From Bacteroidales bacterium (GTDB taxonomy: Bacteria > Bacteroidota > Bacteroidia > Bacteroidales > B39-G9): a stretch of DNA of 64,000 nt. The notes under the pieces are model-generated. The model was not told the DNA's origin and searched no databases. It saw only the letters and a list, made by a program, of their open reading frames with translations. Made by a program: the position numbers and the translations under genes. Location of the stretch: positions 687 through 64,686 of the forward strand of contig JAGLWK010000168.1 in assembly GCA_023133485.1 (NCBI GenBank), in the 5' to 3' direction. This document shows, piece after piece, positions 44,592 to 54,721 of this stretch (position 1 is its first letter; each line of letters starts with the position of its first letter).

Positions 44592-45542
44592 TTATCCCTC
44601 ATTTGGAATAAATCTTCTGAAAATTAGCTCAAGAAAACTTTTAAAACTTTCTTTTTCCTGATCCCATTCAAAATTATTATTCAAGAACATAAGGGCTTCA
44701 TCAAGATCGTTCATGTTGTTAATATTTTGCAAAGCATTGTTATACTTATCAATATCATCATTAAATAATTCTTTAACATACCATATCTTGTCATTTATAC
44801 TGATGGCAGATTTTATGTTTGATATAGGTTTATCTTTCAGTTTAGTAGCAAGATCTTTTGCTTTTTGGGAATCAGCAAGTAATTCATTTATTGATGGTTC
44901 AATCTCTGCAAATTTATCTGCTATTATTGTTTTATTTTTAGATGTACTTACCTTTTTTTGAGTTTTTTCTTTTTTAATTTCCGGTTGTTCCTTGATTTTT
45001 TCTTTATCTTCGATTTTAATGCTTTCGGATTTTTTCTTTATTTTTTCCGGTTCAACAACAATTTCCTGTTGGTTATCAATATCCTTACCTTTTGTTCTGA
45101 CTACAACAATTTTTGATTTTTTCTTTTCTTGTTTAATTTCTTTTTTAGATAATTTTTTTTCAGGAATAATTTTTTCTTCTATAATTATTTGTTCCTGTTT
45201 TTCAATTAATTTATTTTCGTCAACAAAATCAGTTGAAATTTCGATATGTTTTTCTTTGTCTGTATCACTCTCTAATTCAGATTCTTGTATTGGTTTTTCT
45301 GTTGTTTCAGAATTAATTTTTTCTAAAAATGTTAATTCTTCATAAAGATTTCTTAATTTAGATTTTACAATATCAATATCAATTTTAGGAATTTGATCTT
45401 GATTTAAAAAATTATTTATATAAGAATCAATTTTTTTGATTTCATTTTGAACATTTTTTATTAATGTTGTTTTATCCATAAGAACAAGATGTGTTATATT
45501 GATTAAATTATAAATAATAATTGGTATTAAAAGTAATATCAT
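44592..45542 (-). CDS. Lys/Glu-rich hypothetical protein
   Basis: Long low-complexity K/E/I central region with a conserved-looking C-terminus (..IWYVKELFNDDIDKYNNALQNINNMNDLDEALMFL..). The alternative start at 45479 (MDKTTLIKN) is plausible. Confidence 0.5.
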   Translation of the reverse strand: MILLLIPIIIYNLINITHLVLMDKTTLIKNVQNEIKKIDSYINNFLNQDQIPKIDIDIVKSKLRNLYEELTFLEKINSETTEKPIQESELESDTDKEKHIEISTDFVDENKLIEKQEQIIIEEKIIPEKKLSKKEIKQEKKKSKIVVVRTKGKDIDNQQEIVVEPEKIKKKSESIKIEDKEKIKEQPEIKKEKTQKKVSTSKNKTIIADKFAEIEPSINELLADSQKAKDLATKLKDKPISNIKSAISINDKIWYVKELFNDDIDKYNNALQNINNMNDLDEALMFLNNNFEWDQEKESFKSFLELIFRRFIPNEG

Positions 45543-45669
45543 TTATAACCTGAAAATTATTCATAAATAAGTATTAATTTTAAACATGAAATAATAATAA
45601 TAATTCGTGCAAAAAGCAGACAAGTTAATCCCGAGTACTCGGGAACAATTGACAGTAGGCAAATTCTTT

Positions 45670-45711
45670 TTGTCAACTGTTAACTGCTTACTGTCAACTG
45701 TTCATTGTCAA
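45670..45711. repeat. Six consecutive 7 bp units (CTGNNNA type)
   Basis: ttgtcaa ctgttaa ctgctta ctgtcaa ctgttca ttgtcaa. The 16 bp perfect palindrome tcccgagtactcggga (45629-45644) precedes it and also occurs at 25265-25280. Confidence 0.75.
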
Positions 45712-45780
45712 TCCGTTCGCAATCGTATGCCGACTGCTTAATTGCATCAAATAATTCCAAAATTTATTAATTAATTAGAA

Positions 45781-45788
45781 TAAATTTG
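45781..45788 (+). promoter_or_regulatory. Candidate -7 promoter box (TAnnTTTG) upstream of tdk
   Basis: TAAATTTG lies 46 nt upstream of the ATG at 45834. Confidence 0.35.
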
Positions 45789-45833
45789 TAAAACTAATTA
45801 TTCTAACTATAAAACTACATAAAATATTATAAT

Positions 45834-46412
45834 ATGTTTCTTGAAAGCACACCAAAAGGAGCAAATCGACGAGGATGGATTGAAGTAATTGCCGGTTCAA
45901 TGTTTTCCGGTAAAACCGAAGAACTAATAAGAAGGCTTAAAAGAGCTGAATTTGCAAAACAAAAAGTTGAAATATTTAAACCACAAATTGACACAAGATA
46001 TTCAGAAGAAGAAGTTGTTTCGCATGATGAAAATACTATTCGCTCAACTCCTGTAACTAATTCAGGAAATATTTTATTACTTACCAGCGATATTGAAGTA
46101 GTTGGTATTGACGAAGCACAATTTTTTGATGTTAGACTGATTGAAGTATGTAACGAGTTGGCAAACAGGGGTATAAGGGTTATTGTGGCAGGACTTGATA
46201 TGGATTTTAAAGGACAACCATTTGGCCCAATTCCCGGACTTTTTGCTACAGCTGAATATATTACAAAAGTTCATGCTATTTGTGTAAAATGTGGTGACCT
46301 TGCACAGTTTTCACATCGCCTTACAGATACTGATAAATTAGTATTACTTGGCGAAAAAGATATTTATGAACCTTTATGCCGAGGCTGTTATATTGATGCT
46401 ACTAAAAAATAA
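45834..46412 (+). CDS. tdk: Thymidine kinase
   Basis: [32 protein letters not shown] (P-loop), [11 protein letters not shown], and the Zn ribbon pair C..C ... CRGC. Confidence 0.9.
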   Translation: MFLESTPKGANRRGWIEVIAGSMFSGKTEELIRRLKRAEFAKQKVEIFKPQIDTRYSEEEVVSHDENTIRSTPVTNSGNILLLTSDIEVVGIDEAQFFDVRLIEVCNELANRGIRVIVAGLDMDFKGQPFGPIPGLFATAEYITKVHAICVKCGDLAQFSHRLTDTDKLVLLGEKDIYEPLCRGCYIDATKK

Positions 46413-46456
46413 TGGCAATTTATTAATGAAAATTTTGCTAAATAGATTTATTTAAA

Positions 46457-46502
46457 CCCAAATTGAGCGATACTTCACTTTGTTCTTATCGCTAAACTTA
46501 GG
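46457..46502. repeat. Inverted-repeat hairpin just upstream of the first phosphatase gene; related copy at 37457-37548
   Basis: cccaaattgagcgat (46457-46471) and atcgctaaacttagg (46488-46502) form an imperfect 15 bp inverted repeat with a 16 nt spacer. The same arms, cccaaattgagtgat and atcgctcaacttag, occur at 37457-37471 and 37535-37548. Confidence 0.55.
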
Positions 46503-46535
46503 TTAAATTAAAGCTTATTTGATATTTAGGTTACC

Positions 46536-48647
46536 ATGAAAAAACAAATTGCTAAATATTTTTTTTCTTATGTCTTTATTCTTATGTTCTGCTGCTCTTA
46601 TGCCAATACTCAGACAATTATCGACAGTCTTGAAAATATATTGAAATTTGCTACAAAAAATGAAAAAACAGAAATTCTAAATAAGCTTTCATTCGAATAT
46701 TCTTCTATATCATTCAAAAAATCTTTTGATTATGGAAATGAAGCATTAGAACTTGCAAAAAAAACAGGGAATAAATTAGAACATGGAAATGCATTGTATA
46801 ATCTCGGTGATGCTTATTATTATCAAAGTAATTATAATAAGGCTTTAAAATATTATCAAAAATCTTTATTAATATTTCAGGAAACAGATAATAAGGAGAA
46901 AATTGCTATTTTACTTAATAGTATTGGACTCATTAATTTTTATTTAGGAAAATATGACGAAGCAATAAAATATTTTAATAAATCATTAAAAATAAATGAA
47001 GAAATTAATAATAAACAAGGAATAGCAATGTGTCTGCAAAATATTGCAATGGTTTATGTGGATTGGAAAAACTATGAAAAAGCATTAGAATATTATAAAG
47101 AAGCATTAGAAATAAATTATGAATTAGATAAAAAGAGCAGAATAGCTGCTTTGCTTCAAAATATTGGAATTATTTATACAAAATATGATAATTATGATAA
47201 AACAATAGAATATTATCAAAAATCGTATGAAATATTCGAGAAAATAGACGATAAACAAGGAATTGCTTGTGTATTAAATAATATTGGAGAAGTTTATAAA
47301 GCATGGAATAAAAATGAAATAGCCCTGAATTACTTTCAAAAATCTTTAGCTTTATTTGAAGAATTAGGTTTTAAATATGGGATAACTGCAAATTTTTATA
47401 ATATTGGGGAAATTTATCTTGGTTGCAGAAAATATAAACTGGCTCTTGAATATTTTGATAAAAGCCTTAATACTGCAAAATCAATTCATTTAAAAGAATA
47501 TATTTTTGATAATTATAATATTTTCTCAGAAACTTATTTTGCAATGGGAAACTACAAAAAAGCATTAGAATACTATAAAAAATATACTACTTTGAAAGAT
47601 TCAGTTTTTTCAGAAGAAACACATAAACAAATAATTGAAATTCAAACCAAATACGAAACCGATAAAAAGAAAAAAGAAATAGAAATACTTAACAAGGAAA
47701 AAGAACTGCACAAAGTAAAAATTGCCCGACAAAATATTATTATATATGCAGTAATTGCCGGATTGTTTTTACTATCAATATTAGCATTACTGATTTATAA
47801 CAGATACAGATACAAACAAAAAGCTAATAAATTATTAACGAGACAAAATAATGAAATTAAATCGCAGAGAGATAAAATAGCAGTACAACAAAAAAATATA
47901 ACTGATAGTATTCAATATGCAAGTAGAATTCAAAATGCTTTATTACCGGAAGATGTTTATATAAAAGAAGTTATTCCTGAGCATTTTATTTTGAATAAAC
48001 CAAAGGATATTGTAAGTGGCGATTTTTACTGGTTAAAACAAATAAAAAATATGCTAATAATTACTGTAGCCGATTGTACAGGACACGGAGTACCGGGCGC
48101 ATTTATGAGTATGCTTGGTGTTTCATTTCTTAATGAAATTGTAAAAGACAAAAATATTATCAGTGCCAGTCAAGCTCTAAATCGGTTAAATGAAAGTGTG
48201 AAAAAGGCACTACACCAAACCGGCAAAGATGATGAAGCAAGAGACGGAATGGATATTGCATTATGTGTAATTAACAAAGATACTTTAGAATTAGAATTTT
48301 CAGGAGCTTATAATCCTGTTTATATTGTTAGGAATAAAGAATTAATACAATTAAAAGGCGATAAAAGACCAATTGGAATACATTTAAAACGTGATATTGT
48401 TTTTACCGATAAACAATTACAATTACAAAAAGGAGATTTAATATACATCTTTTCAGACGGATATATTGACCAATTTGGTGGTGAAAAGGGTACTAAGTTC
48501 AAAGCTACCCCTTTCAAAAAATTATTAGTCAATATTTATGATAAAACAATGGATGAACAAAAAGAAATCCTGAACAATACAATAGAAGAATGGAAAGGAA
48601 ATTACGAACAAATTGACGATATTTTAATAATGGGTATAAAAATCTGA
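46536..48647 (+). CDS. Receptor PP2C phosphatase A: signal/anchor, TPR repeats, TM helix and SpoIIE domain
   Basis: About 8 TPR units (..ALYNLGDAYYYQSNYNKALKYYQKSL.., ..CLQNIAMVYVDWKNYEKALEYYKEAL..). The TM helix is IIIYAVIAGLFLLSILALLIY. SpoIIE motifs are ITDSIQYASRIQNALLP, VSGDFYW, VADCTGHGVPGAFMSMLG, RDGMDIALC, IFSDGYIDQFGG and QIDDILIMGIKI. Confidence 0.85.
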   Translation: MKKQIAKYFFSYVFILMFCCSYANTQTIIDSLENILKFATKNEKTEILNKLSFEYSSISFKKSFDYGNEALELAKKTGNKLEHGNALYNLGDAYYYQSNYNKALKYYQKSLLIFQETDNKEKIAILLNSIGLINFYLGKYDEAIKYFNKSLKINEEINNKQGIAMCLQNIAMVYVDWKNYEKALEYYKEALEINYELDKKSRIAALLQNIGIIYTKYDNYDKTIEYYQKSYEIFEKIDDKQGIACVLNNIGEVYKAWNKNEIALNYFQKSLALFEELGFKYGITANFYNIGEIYLGCRKYKLALEYFDKSLNTAKSIHLKEYIFDNYNIFSETYFAMGNYKKALEYYKKYTTLKDSVFSEETHKQIIEIQTKYETDKKKKEIEILNKEKELHKVKIARQNIIIYAVIAGLFLLSILALLIYNRYRYKQKANKLLTRQNNEIKSQRDKIAVQQKNITDSIQYASRIQNALLPEDVYIKEVIPEHFILNKPKDIVSGDFYWLKQIKNMLIITVADCTGHGVPGAFMSMLGVSFLNEIVKDKNIISASQALNRLNESVKKALHQTGKDDEARDGMDIALCVINKDTLELEFSGAYNPVYIVRNKELIQLKGDKRPIGIHLKRDIVFTDKQLQLQKGDLIYIFSDGYIDQFGGEKGTKFKATPFKKLLVNIYDKTMDEQKEILNNTIEEWKGNYEQIDDILIMGIKI

Positions 48648-48851
48648 AAAATCATAACTCAATAATTTGTTGATGTTATTAAAATTTTTAAAACTGAATG
48701 CAGAAATAATTTTATAATCCCTACTTTATCGGCAGACAGGTGTGGCATTCAATAATTTTATGATAAATCAAATTATATTCCTTGTTTTACTTCCTGAAAT
48801 ACTATATATTTATAAAAAGAAACAATATTTCAAAATTTATAATTTTTAAAA

Positions 48852-51206
48852 TTGAGTTACATAAAAGAAAATAATATTAGGTTCTTAGTTTTAGGAATGT
48901 TATTGTTATTTTACAACATTACATTAAGCCAATCCTATAAAGATTCATTACAAACACAATTAAAATCTGCAACTGATGAAAACAAAATAGAGATTCTTTT
49001 GGAATTATCTATAGAAACTGCTTCCGATTCCATGCCTGAAGCATTAAATTATGGCAAACAAGCTCTACAATTAGCTAATAATATTAAAAATGACAGCCTT
49101 ATTGCTAAATCTTATAATATAATAGGACATTGTTATTCAACAGAACATGATTCTACACATGCCATTGAATATTTTAATAAAGCAATTTCTATTGCTAAAG
49201 ATATTTCTAATAAAAAATTATTAGTATTGGCATTATTTAATAAAGCTAATTTGTTGAATAATCAAGGTTATTATTTAGAAGCTATGTCTGATTTTACTAA
49301 AGCACTGGAAATAGCTGAAAAAAACAAATATTACGAATTACTTTCAAAGATATACAACGAAATTGGTATTATCTATTATAACCAACAAAAATATGATTCT
49401 ACCTTATTTTATTTTAAAAAATCCCTTGCAATCGACAAACAAAATGATGACAAAATACAAATTGCTAAATCATATAATAATATTGGTGTGATATATAAAA
49501 ATATTGGAAAATATGATATTGCTATTCAAAACCAACTGAAAGCACTTAAGATAAGAGAGGAAATAAATGATAGTAATGGTATTGCTATGTCGTATAATAA
49601 TATTGGACAGGTATATTATTACTGGGATAAAAACGATAAATGTATTGAATATTTTAAAAAGGCACTTATTATTCAAACGGAATTAAAAAATAAAAAAGAA
49701 ATCGCAGGACTTAATAATAATATAGGAAGTGTTTATACTGAAATGAAAAATTACCATAAAGCTATTGAGTATTATATAAAAGCCTTGAAATATACCAGGT
49801 ATAATAATTTAAGACAAACTACGGCAGTCCTTTTGGGTAATATTGGTTTAGCTTATGCAGGTTTAAAAGAATTTAACCAATCTTTAAAATATCATTTTAA
49901 ATCACTAAGTCTTTGCAAACAGATTGGACATAAAAAAAGTGAGGTTTATTCGCTAAATAATATCGGAAATACATACAAAGAAATGAAACAATATAACAAA
50001 GCCCTTGAATATTATCAAAAAACAGTAGAAATTTCAAAAGAATTGAACCTGCAACAAAATCTTCTTGATAATTATAAAGCAAGCTATGAAATTTATAAAG
50101 AGATAAATAATTTTAAAAAAGCCTTTGATTATCATATACTTTATACCGAACTTAAAGATTCCATTTTTACACAACAAAGCAATGAACATATAATTGAAAT
50201 TCAAACCAAATACGAAACCGATAAAAAGAAAAAAGAAATAGAAATACTAAACAAAGAAAAAGAACTGCACAAAGTAAAAATTGCCCGGCAGAATATTATT
50301 ATATATGCAGTAATTGCTGTACTGGTTTTACTATCAATATTAGCTTCACTGATTTATAACAGATACAGATATAAACAAAAAGCTAATAAATTATTAACCC
50401 GCCAAAACAATGAAATTAAATCGCAGAGAGATAAAATAGCAGTACAACAAAAAAATATAACCGACAGTATTCAATATGCAAGTAGAATTCAAAATGCTTT
50501 GTTACCGGAAGATGTTTATTTAAAAGAAGTTATTCCTGAACATTTTATTTTAAATAAACCAAAAGATATTGTAAGTGGCGATTTTTACTGGTTAAAACAG
50601 ATAAAAAACAAGCTAATAATTGCTGTTGCTGATTGCACAGGACACGGAGTACCGGGAGCATTTATGAGTATGTTGGGTGTTTCATTTCTCAACGAAATTG
50701 TAAAAGACAAAAATATTATCAGTGCCAGTAAAGCTCTAAACCGTTTAAATGAAAGTGTGAAAAAGGCACTACACCAAACCGGCAAAGAAGATGAAGCCAG
50801 AGATGGGATGGATATTGCATTATGTGTAATTAACAAAGATACTTTAGAATTAGAATTTTCAGGAGCTTATAATCCTGTTTATATTGTTAGGAATAAAGAA
50901 TTAATACAATTAAAAGGTGATAAAAGACCTATTGGAATACATATAAAACGTAATATTGTTTTTACCGATAAACAATTACAATTACAAAAAGGAGATTTAA
51001 TATACATCTTTTCAGACGGATATTGTGATCAAATAGGTGGTGCTAAAAATACTAAATTCAAACCTGGCCCATTCAGAGAATTACTAGTCAGTATTCAGGA
51101 TAAAACAATGAATGAACAAAAAGAAATCCTTGATAAAACCATAGAAAAATGGAAAGGAGATTACGAACAAATTGACGATATTTTAATAATGGGTATAAAA
51201 ATCTGA
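48852..51206 (+). CDS. Receptor PP2C phosphatase B: signal peptide, TPR repeats, TM helix and SpoIIE domain
   Basis: About 9-10 TPR units. The TM plus SpoIIE part is nearly identical to gene A. A TTG start at 48852 gives a proper signal peptide (MSYIKENNIRFLVLGMLLLFYNITLSQS). The first ATG (48897) would leave no n-region. Confidence 0.85.
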   Translation: MSYIKENNIRFLVLGMLLLFYNITLSQSYKDSLQTQLKSATDENKIEILLELSIETASDSMPEALNYGKQALQLANNIKNDSLIAKSYNIIGHCYSTEHDSTHAIEYFNKAISIAKDISNKKLLVLALFNKANLLNNQGYYLEAMSDFTKALEIAEKNKYYELLSKIYNEIGIIYYNQQKYDSTLFYFKKSLAIDKQNDDKIQIAKSYNNIGVIYKNIGKYDIAIQNQLKALKIREEINDSNGIAMSYNNIGQVYYYWDKNDKCIEYFKKALIIQTELKNKKEIAGLNNNIGSVYTEMKNYHKAIEYYIKALKYTRYNNLRQTTAVLLGNIGLAYAGLKEFNQSLKYHFKSLSLCKQIGHKKSEVYSLNNIGNTYKEMKQYNKALEYYQKTVEISKELNLQQNLLDNYKASYEIYKEINNFKKAFDYHILYTELKDSIFTQQSNEHIIEIQTKYETDKKKKEIEILNKEKELHKVKIARQNIIIYAVIAVLVLLSILASLIYNRYRYKQKANKLLTRQNNEIKSQRDKIAVQQKNITDSIQYASRIQNALLPEDVYLKEVIPEHFILNKPKDIVSGDFYWLKQIKNKLIIAVADCTGHGVPGAFMSMLGVSFLNEIVKDKNIISASKALNRLNESVKKALHQTGKEDEARDGMDIALCVINKDTLELEFSGAYNPVYIVRNKELIQLKGDKRPIGIHIKRNIVFTDKQLQLQKGDLIYIFSDGYCDQIGGAKNTKFKPGPFRELLVSIQDKTMNEQKEILDKTIEKWKGDYEQIDDILIMGIKI

Positions 51207-51225
51207 AAAATCATAACTCTATAAT

Positions 51226-54200
51226 TTGTTGAAGTTATTAAAATTTTTAAAATTGAGTTACATAAAAGAAAATAATATTAGATTCTTAGTTTTAGGAATG
51301 TTATTATTATTTTACAACATTGTATTAAGCCAATCTGATGATGTAATATTTAATCATATAACTACCGAAAACGGAATTTCTCATAATAATGTTTATGCCA
51401 TTTGTCAGGATAATAATGGATTCATGTGGTTTGGCACCCAAAATGGGCTTAATATATATAATGGTAAAGATTTTTTCTACTATTTTCATGATATTTTAGA
51501 TTCTAATTCAATTTCATCAAATAATTTTGGTAAAATTCATGTTGATAGGTCCGGCAAAATCTGGTTTGGTACATATGGCGGAGGATTAGATATGTACAAT
51601 CCTCAAAATAATACAATAAAACATTTTAAAAACGAACAAGGTAATAGTAAAAGTCTCTGCAATAATTTTATCTTATGTATTTTTGAAGACAAACAAGGTG
51701 TATTATGGTTTGGAACTGCCAACGGAGGTTTTTGTAAATTTGATCCTATTAATGAATGTTTTATAAATTATAGTTATCAGTTAAATAATCAATTTAGTTT
51801 AAGTAATAATAATGTAAGGGCAATTTGCGAAGACAATAAGGGTTATTTATGGATAGGAACAAGCGATGGATTAAACAGAATGAATAAGGAAACCGGAAGA
51901 TTTAAAAAATATTTTCCTGATAAAAGCAATTCTAATAGTATAAATTCAAAACAAATACAGTCTTTATGTTTTGTTGAACCAAACAAAATATGGATAGGAA
52001 CCAGAAATAATGGTATTAATATTCTTAATATTGAAACAGAACAATTTATTTCATATAAAAATGATCCGGATAATCCGAAAAGTATTAGTGATAATCGTGT
52101 TGATAATATTTTCAAAGATTCTTACGGTACTATATGGATAGGAACTTATAATGGGGGATTAAACAAATTTGACAATAAAACAAAAACATTTATTAATTAC
52201 AAACATTATTCAAATAACACTTTTAGTATAAGTCATAACAGAATAGAATTTATTTTTGAAGACAAGTCAAATAATCTTTGGATTGCTACACGTGGAGGTG
52301 GAATTAATAAATTGGATTTAAAACCCCGAAAATTTACAAATTACTACTATGAACAAAACAATCCAAATTCTATTCCTTATCCTATCATAACTTCAATTGC
52401 TTCTGAGAATAAAGATGTCCTCTGGATTGCTACTGACGGTGGAGGACTTTGTCGCTTTGACAAAAACAAAAATATATTTTTTAATCTTAAACATGAAGAT
52501 GAAAATAAAAATTCTCTAAGTAACAACAGAGTTAGAGCTGTAGTTGTTGATAAATCAGGAATAATATGGATTGGAACTTATCGGGGAGGACTTGATAAAT
52601 TAATATGGAAAAATAATACCAATTATAAATATATTCATTATAAGTATAAAGCTAATGACACGAACTCACTTAATAGTAATCAAGTTAATGTTGTTTATAT
52701 TGATAATAATGAAGATCTATGGATAGGTACAATTAACGGAATATGCAAATTAGTATATTCTAAAGATTCATCAAAAATAAGCTTTAAACGATATACACAT
52801 AATTCTAAAGATCCATTGAGTTTAAGCCACCATTATGTTACCTCAATATTTCATGACCATCTTGGACAACTGTGGATTGGAACATTCGACGGGCTTAATA
52901 AATTTAATCCCGAAACAGAAAAATTTCAACATTATAAAAATATTCCGGGTGATTCAAATAGCATTAACAGTAATCATATTTTAACGATTTTTGAAGACCA
53001 TGCCGGATTTCTTTGGATTGGCACTGAGGATAACGGTATAAATAAATTCAATCAAAAAACACAATCATTCACAGGATATAAAGATGAAAATATTCGCTCG
53101 AACAATATGATTACGGGCATTCTCGAAGATGAAAAGAATAATTTATGGATAAGTAAAGCAAATGGAATCTCAAAATTCAATCCTGTTACACAAAAATTCA
53201 AAAATTATGATGTTACCGATGGATTAGTTGGTAATGGCTACAATCGTAATGCCTGTTTAAAAACCGAAAGTGGAGAAATGTTTTTTGGAAGCATAGCAGG
53301 ATTAACAAGTTTTTTCCCTTCAAAAATTAAAGATAATCCTAATATACCTCCTGTTGTTCTTGTTGATTTTAAAATATTAAATAAATCAATATATAAACAT
53401 CAAAATTCATTTAATGTAAAATGTCCTTATAATATAAAACAAATTAAACTAAGTCATAAAGATTATGTGTTTTCATTTGAATTTGCTGCATTAGATTATA
53501 CAAAATTTGAAAAAAATCTATATGAATATAAAATGGAAGGGTTTGATGATAAATGGATTAATATTGGAAACCGAAGATTTGTTTCATATACAAATTTACC
53601 TCCCGGTAATTATATATTTAAAGTTAAAGCATCAAACAACGATAAGGTTTGGAACGAAAAAGGTTTGTCTGTTAACATACTTGTTAAGCCTCCTTTTTGG
53701 AAAACTAAAGGTTTTTATGCATTAGAAATTCTTTTTACTATATTTTTAGTGTATAGCATTATTATGTATAGAATAAGGAAGTTGCAAAGAGATAAAAAAA
53801 TACTCGAAGATAAAGTTACAGAACGTACTAAGGAAGTCGAATTACAAAAGGAAGAAATTATCAGACAAAGAGATGAAATAACCGATAGTATTTTTTATGC
53901 TAAACATATTCAAACTGCCGTTTCACCATCAAAAGAATTTATTGATAACATTCTTGATGATTATTTTATTTTAGATTTGGCTAAAGGAATTGTAAGTGGC
54001 GATTTCTACTGGATATCTGAAAATGATGAAAAAATAATTGTTGCTGTTGCCGATTGCACAGGTCATGGTGTACCAGGTGCTTTTATGAGTATGATGGGAA
54101 TATTATTTTTAAATAAAATTGTAAATGAAGAAAACATTATAAAACCAAACGAAATTCTTGATAGCTTAAAAAATAACGTTATTTCATCATTACATCAAAA

Positions 54201-54627
54201 TGGGAATACTAGAGAAACCAGCGATGGAATGGATATCTCGCTAATAACAATAGATAAACAAAACAATTTTCTTGAATATACTGGTGCTAATAATTCTATA
54301 TATTTAATCCGTAATAATGAATTTACTGAAATTTATCCCGATAAAATGCCTATTGGTATTTATCATGAAACAGATAAAAAGTTTTCATATCAGAAAATAG
54401 AAATACAATCCGGAGATATGATATATCTTTATACTGATGGTTATATTGATCAATTTGGTGGAGAAAAAGAAAAAAAATATATGTTCAACAAATTCAGAGA
54501 AATATTGTTAAGTATACATAACTATCCTTTAGAATATCAAAAAGAAAAATTAGAAACTGAACATAAAGAATGGAAAAAAAACAATGAACAAGTTGACGAT
54601 ATATTAATTATGGGAATAAAAATTTAG
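51226..54627 (+). CDS. Receptor PP2C phosphatase C: signal peptide, two-component-regulator beta-propeller repeats, Y_Y_Y domain, TM helix and SpoIIE domain
   Basis: Many Reg_prop units (..G.(I/L)W(I/F)GT..GL(N/D)..). The Y_Y_Y region is YEYKMEGFDDKWINIGNRRFVSYTNLPPGNYIFKVKASNNDKVW. The TM helix is ALEILFTIFLVYSIIMY, and the SpoIIE motifs follow. The start is probably the TTG at 51253, homologous to gene B's start. Confidence 0.85.
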   Translation: MLKLLKFLKLSYIKENNIRFLVLGMLLLFYNIVLSQSDDVIFNHITTENGISHNNVYAICQDNNGFMWFGTQNGLNIYNGKDFFYYFHDILDSNSISSNNFGKIHVDRSGKIWFGTYGGGLDMYNPQNNTIKHFKNEQGNSKSLCNNFILCIFEDKQGVLWFGTANGGFCKFDPINECFINYSYQLNNQFSLSNNNVRAICEDNKGYLWIGTSDGLNRMNKETGRFKKYFPDKSNSNSINSKQIQSLCFVEPNKIWIGTRNNGINILNIETEQFISYKNDPDNPKSISDNRVDNIFKDSYGTIWIGTYNGGLNKFDNKTKTFINYKHYSNNTFSISHNRIEFIFEDKSNNLWIATRGGGINKLDLKPRKFTNYYYEQNNPNSIPYPIITSIASENKDVLWIATDGGGLCRFDKNKNIFFNLKHEDENKNSLSNNRVRAVVVDKSGIIWIGTYRGGLDKLIWKNNTNYKYIHYKYKANDTNSLNSNQVNVVYIDNNEDLWIGTINGICKLVYSKDSSKISFKRYTHNSKDPLSLSHHYVTSIFHDHLGQLWIGTFDGLNKFNPETEKFQHYKNIPGDSNSINSNHILTIFEDHAGFLWIGTEDNGINKFNQKTQSFTGYKDENIRSNNMITGILEDEKNNLWISKANGISKFNPVTQKFKNYDVTDGLVGNGYNRNACLKTESGEMFFGSIAGLTSFFPSKIKDNPNIPPVVLVDFKILNKSIYKHQNSFNVKCPYNIKQIKLSHKDYVFSFEFAALDYTKFEKNLYEYKMEGFDDKWINIGNRRFVSYTNLPPGNYIFKVKASNNDKVWNEKGLSVNILVKPPFWKTKGFYALEILFTIFLVYSIIMYRIRKLQRDKKILEDKVTERTKEVELQKEEIIRQRDEITDSIFYAKHIQTAVSPSKEFIDNILDDYFILDLAKGIVSGDFYWISENDEKIIVAVADCTGHGVPGAFMSMMGILFLNKIVNEENIIKPNEILDSLKNNVISSLHQNGNTRETSDGMDISLITIDKQNNFLEYTGANNSIYLIRNNEFTEIYPDKMPIGIYHETDKKFSYQKIEIQSGDMIYLYTDGYIDQFGGEKEKKYMFNKFREILLSIHNYPLEYQKEKLETEHKEWKKNNEQVDDILIMGIKI

Positions 54628-54721
54628 TAAAATAATAAGGAAATCCCGATTCCAGCCTACCGGCAGGCAAGGTAGTAATAGTTAGTAAAACGAAGTTTTG
54701 CTTTACGTTTACTTATTCGGG

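Noticed and set aside
44713-45345. Plus-strand ORFs 44713-44961 and 44992-45345
   Set aside because: They are antisense to the Lys/Glu-rich gene 44592-45542. Their F/S/L-rich sequence is the mirror image of a K/E/I-rich coding strand.
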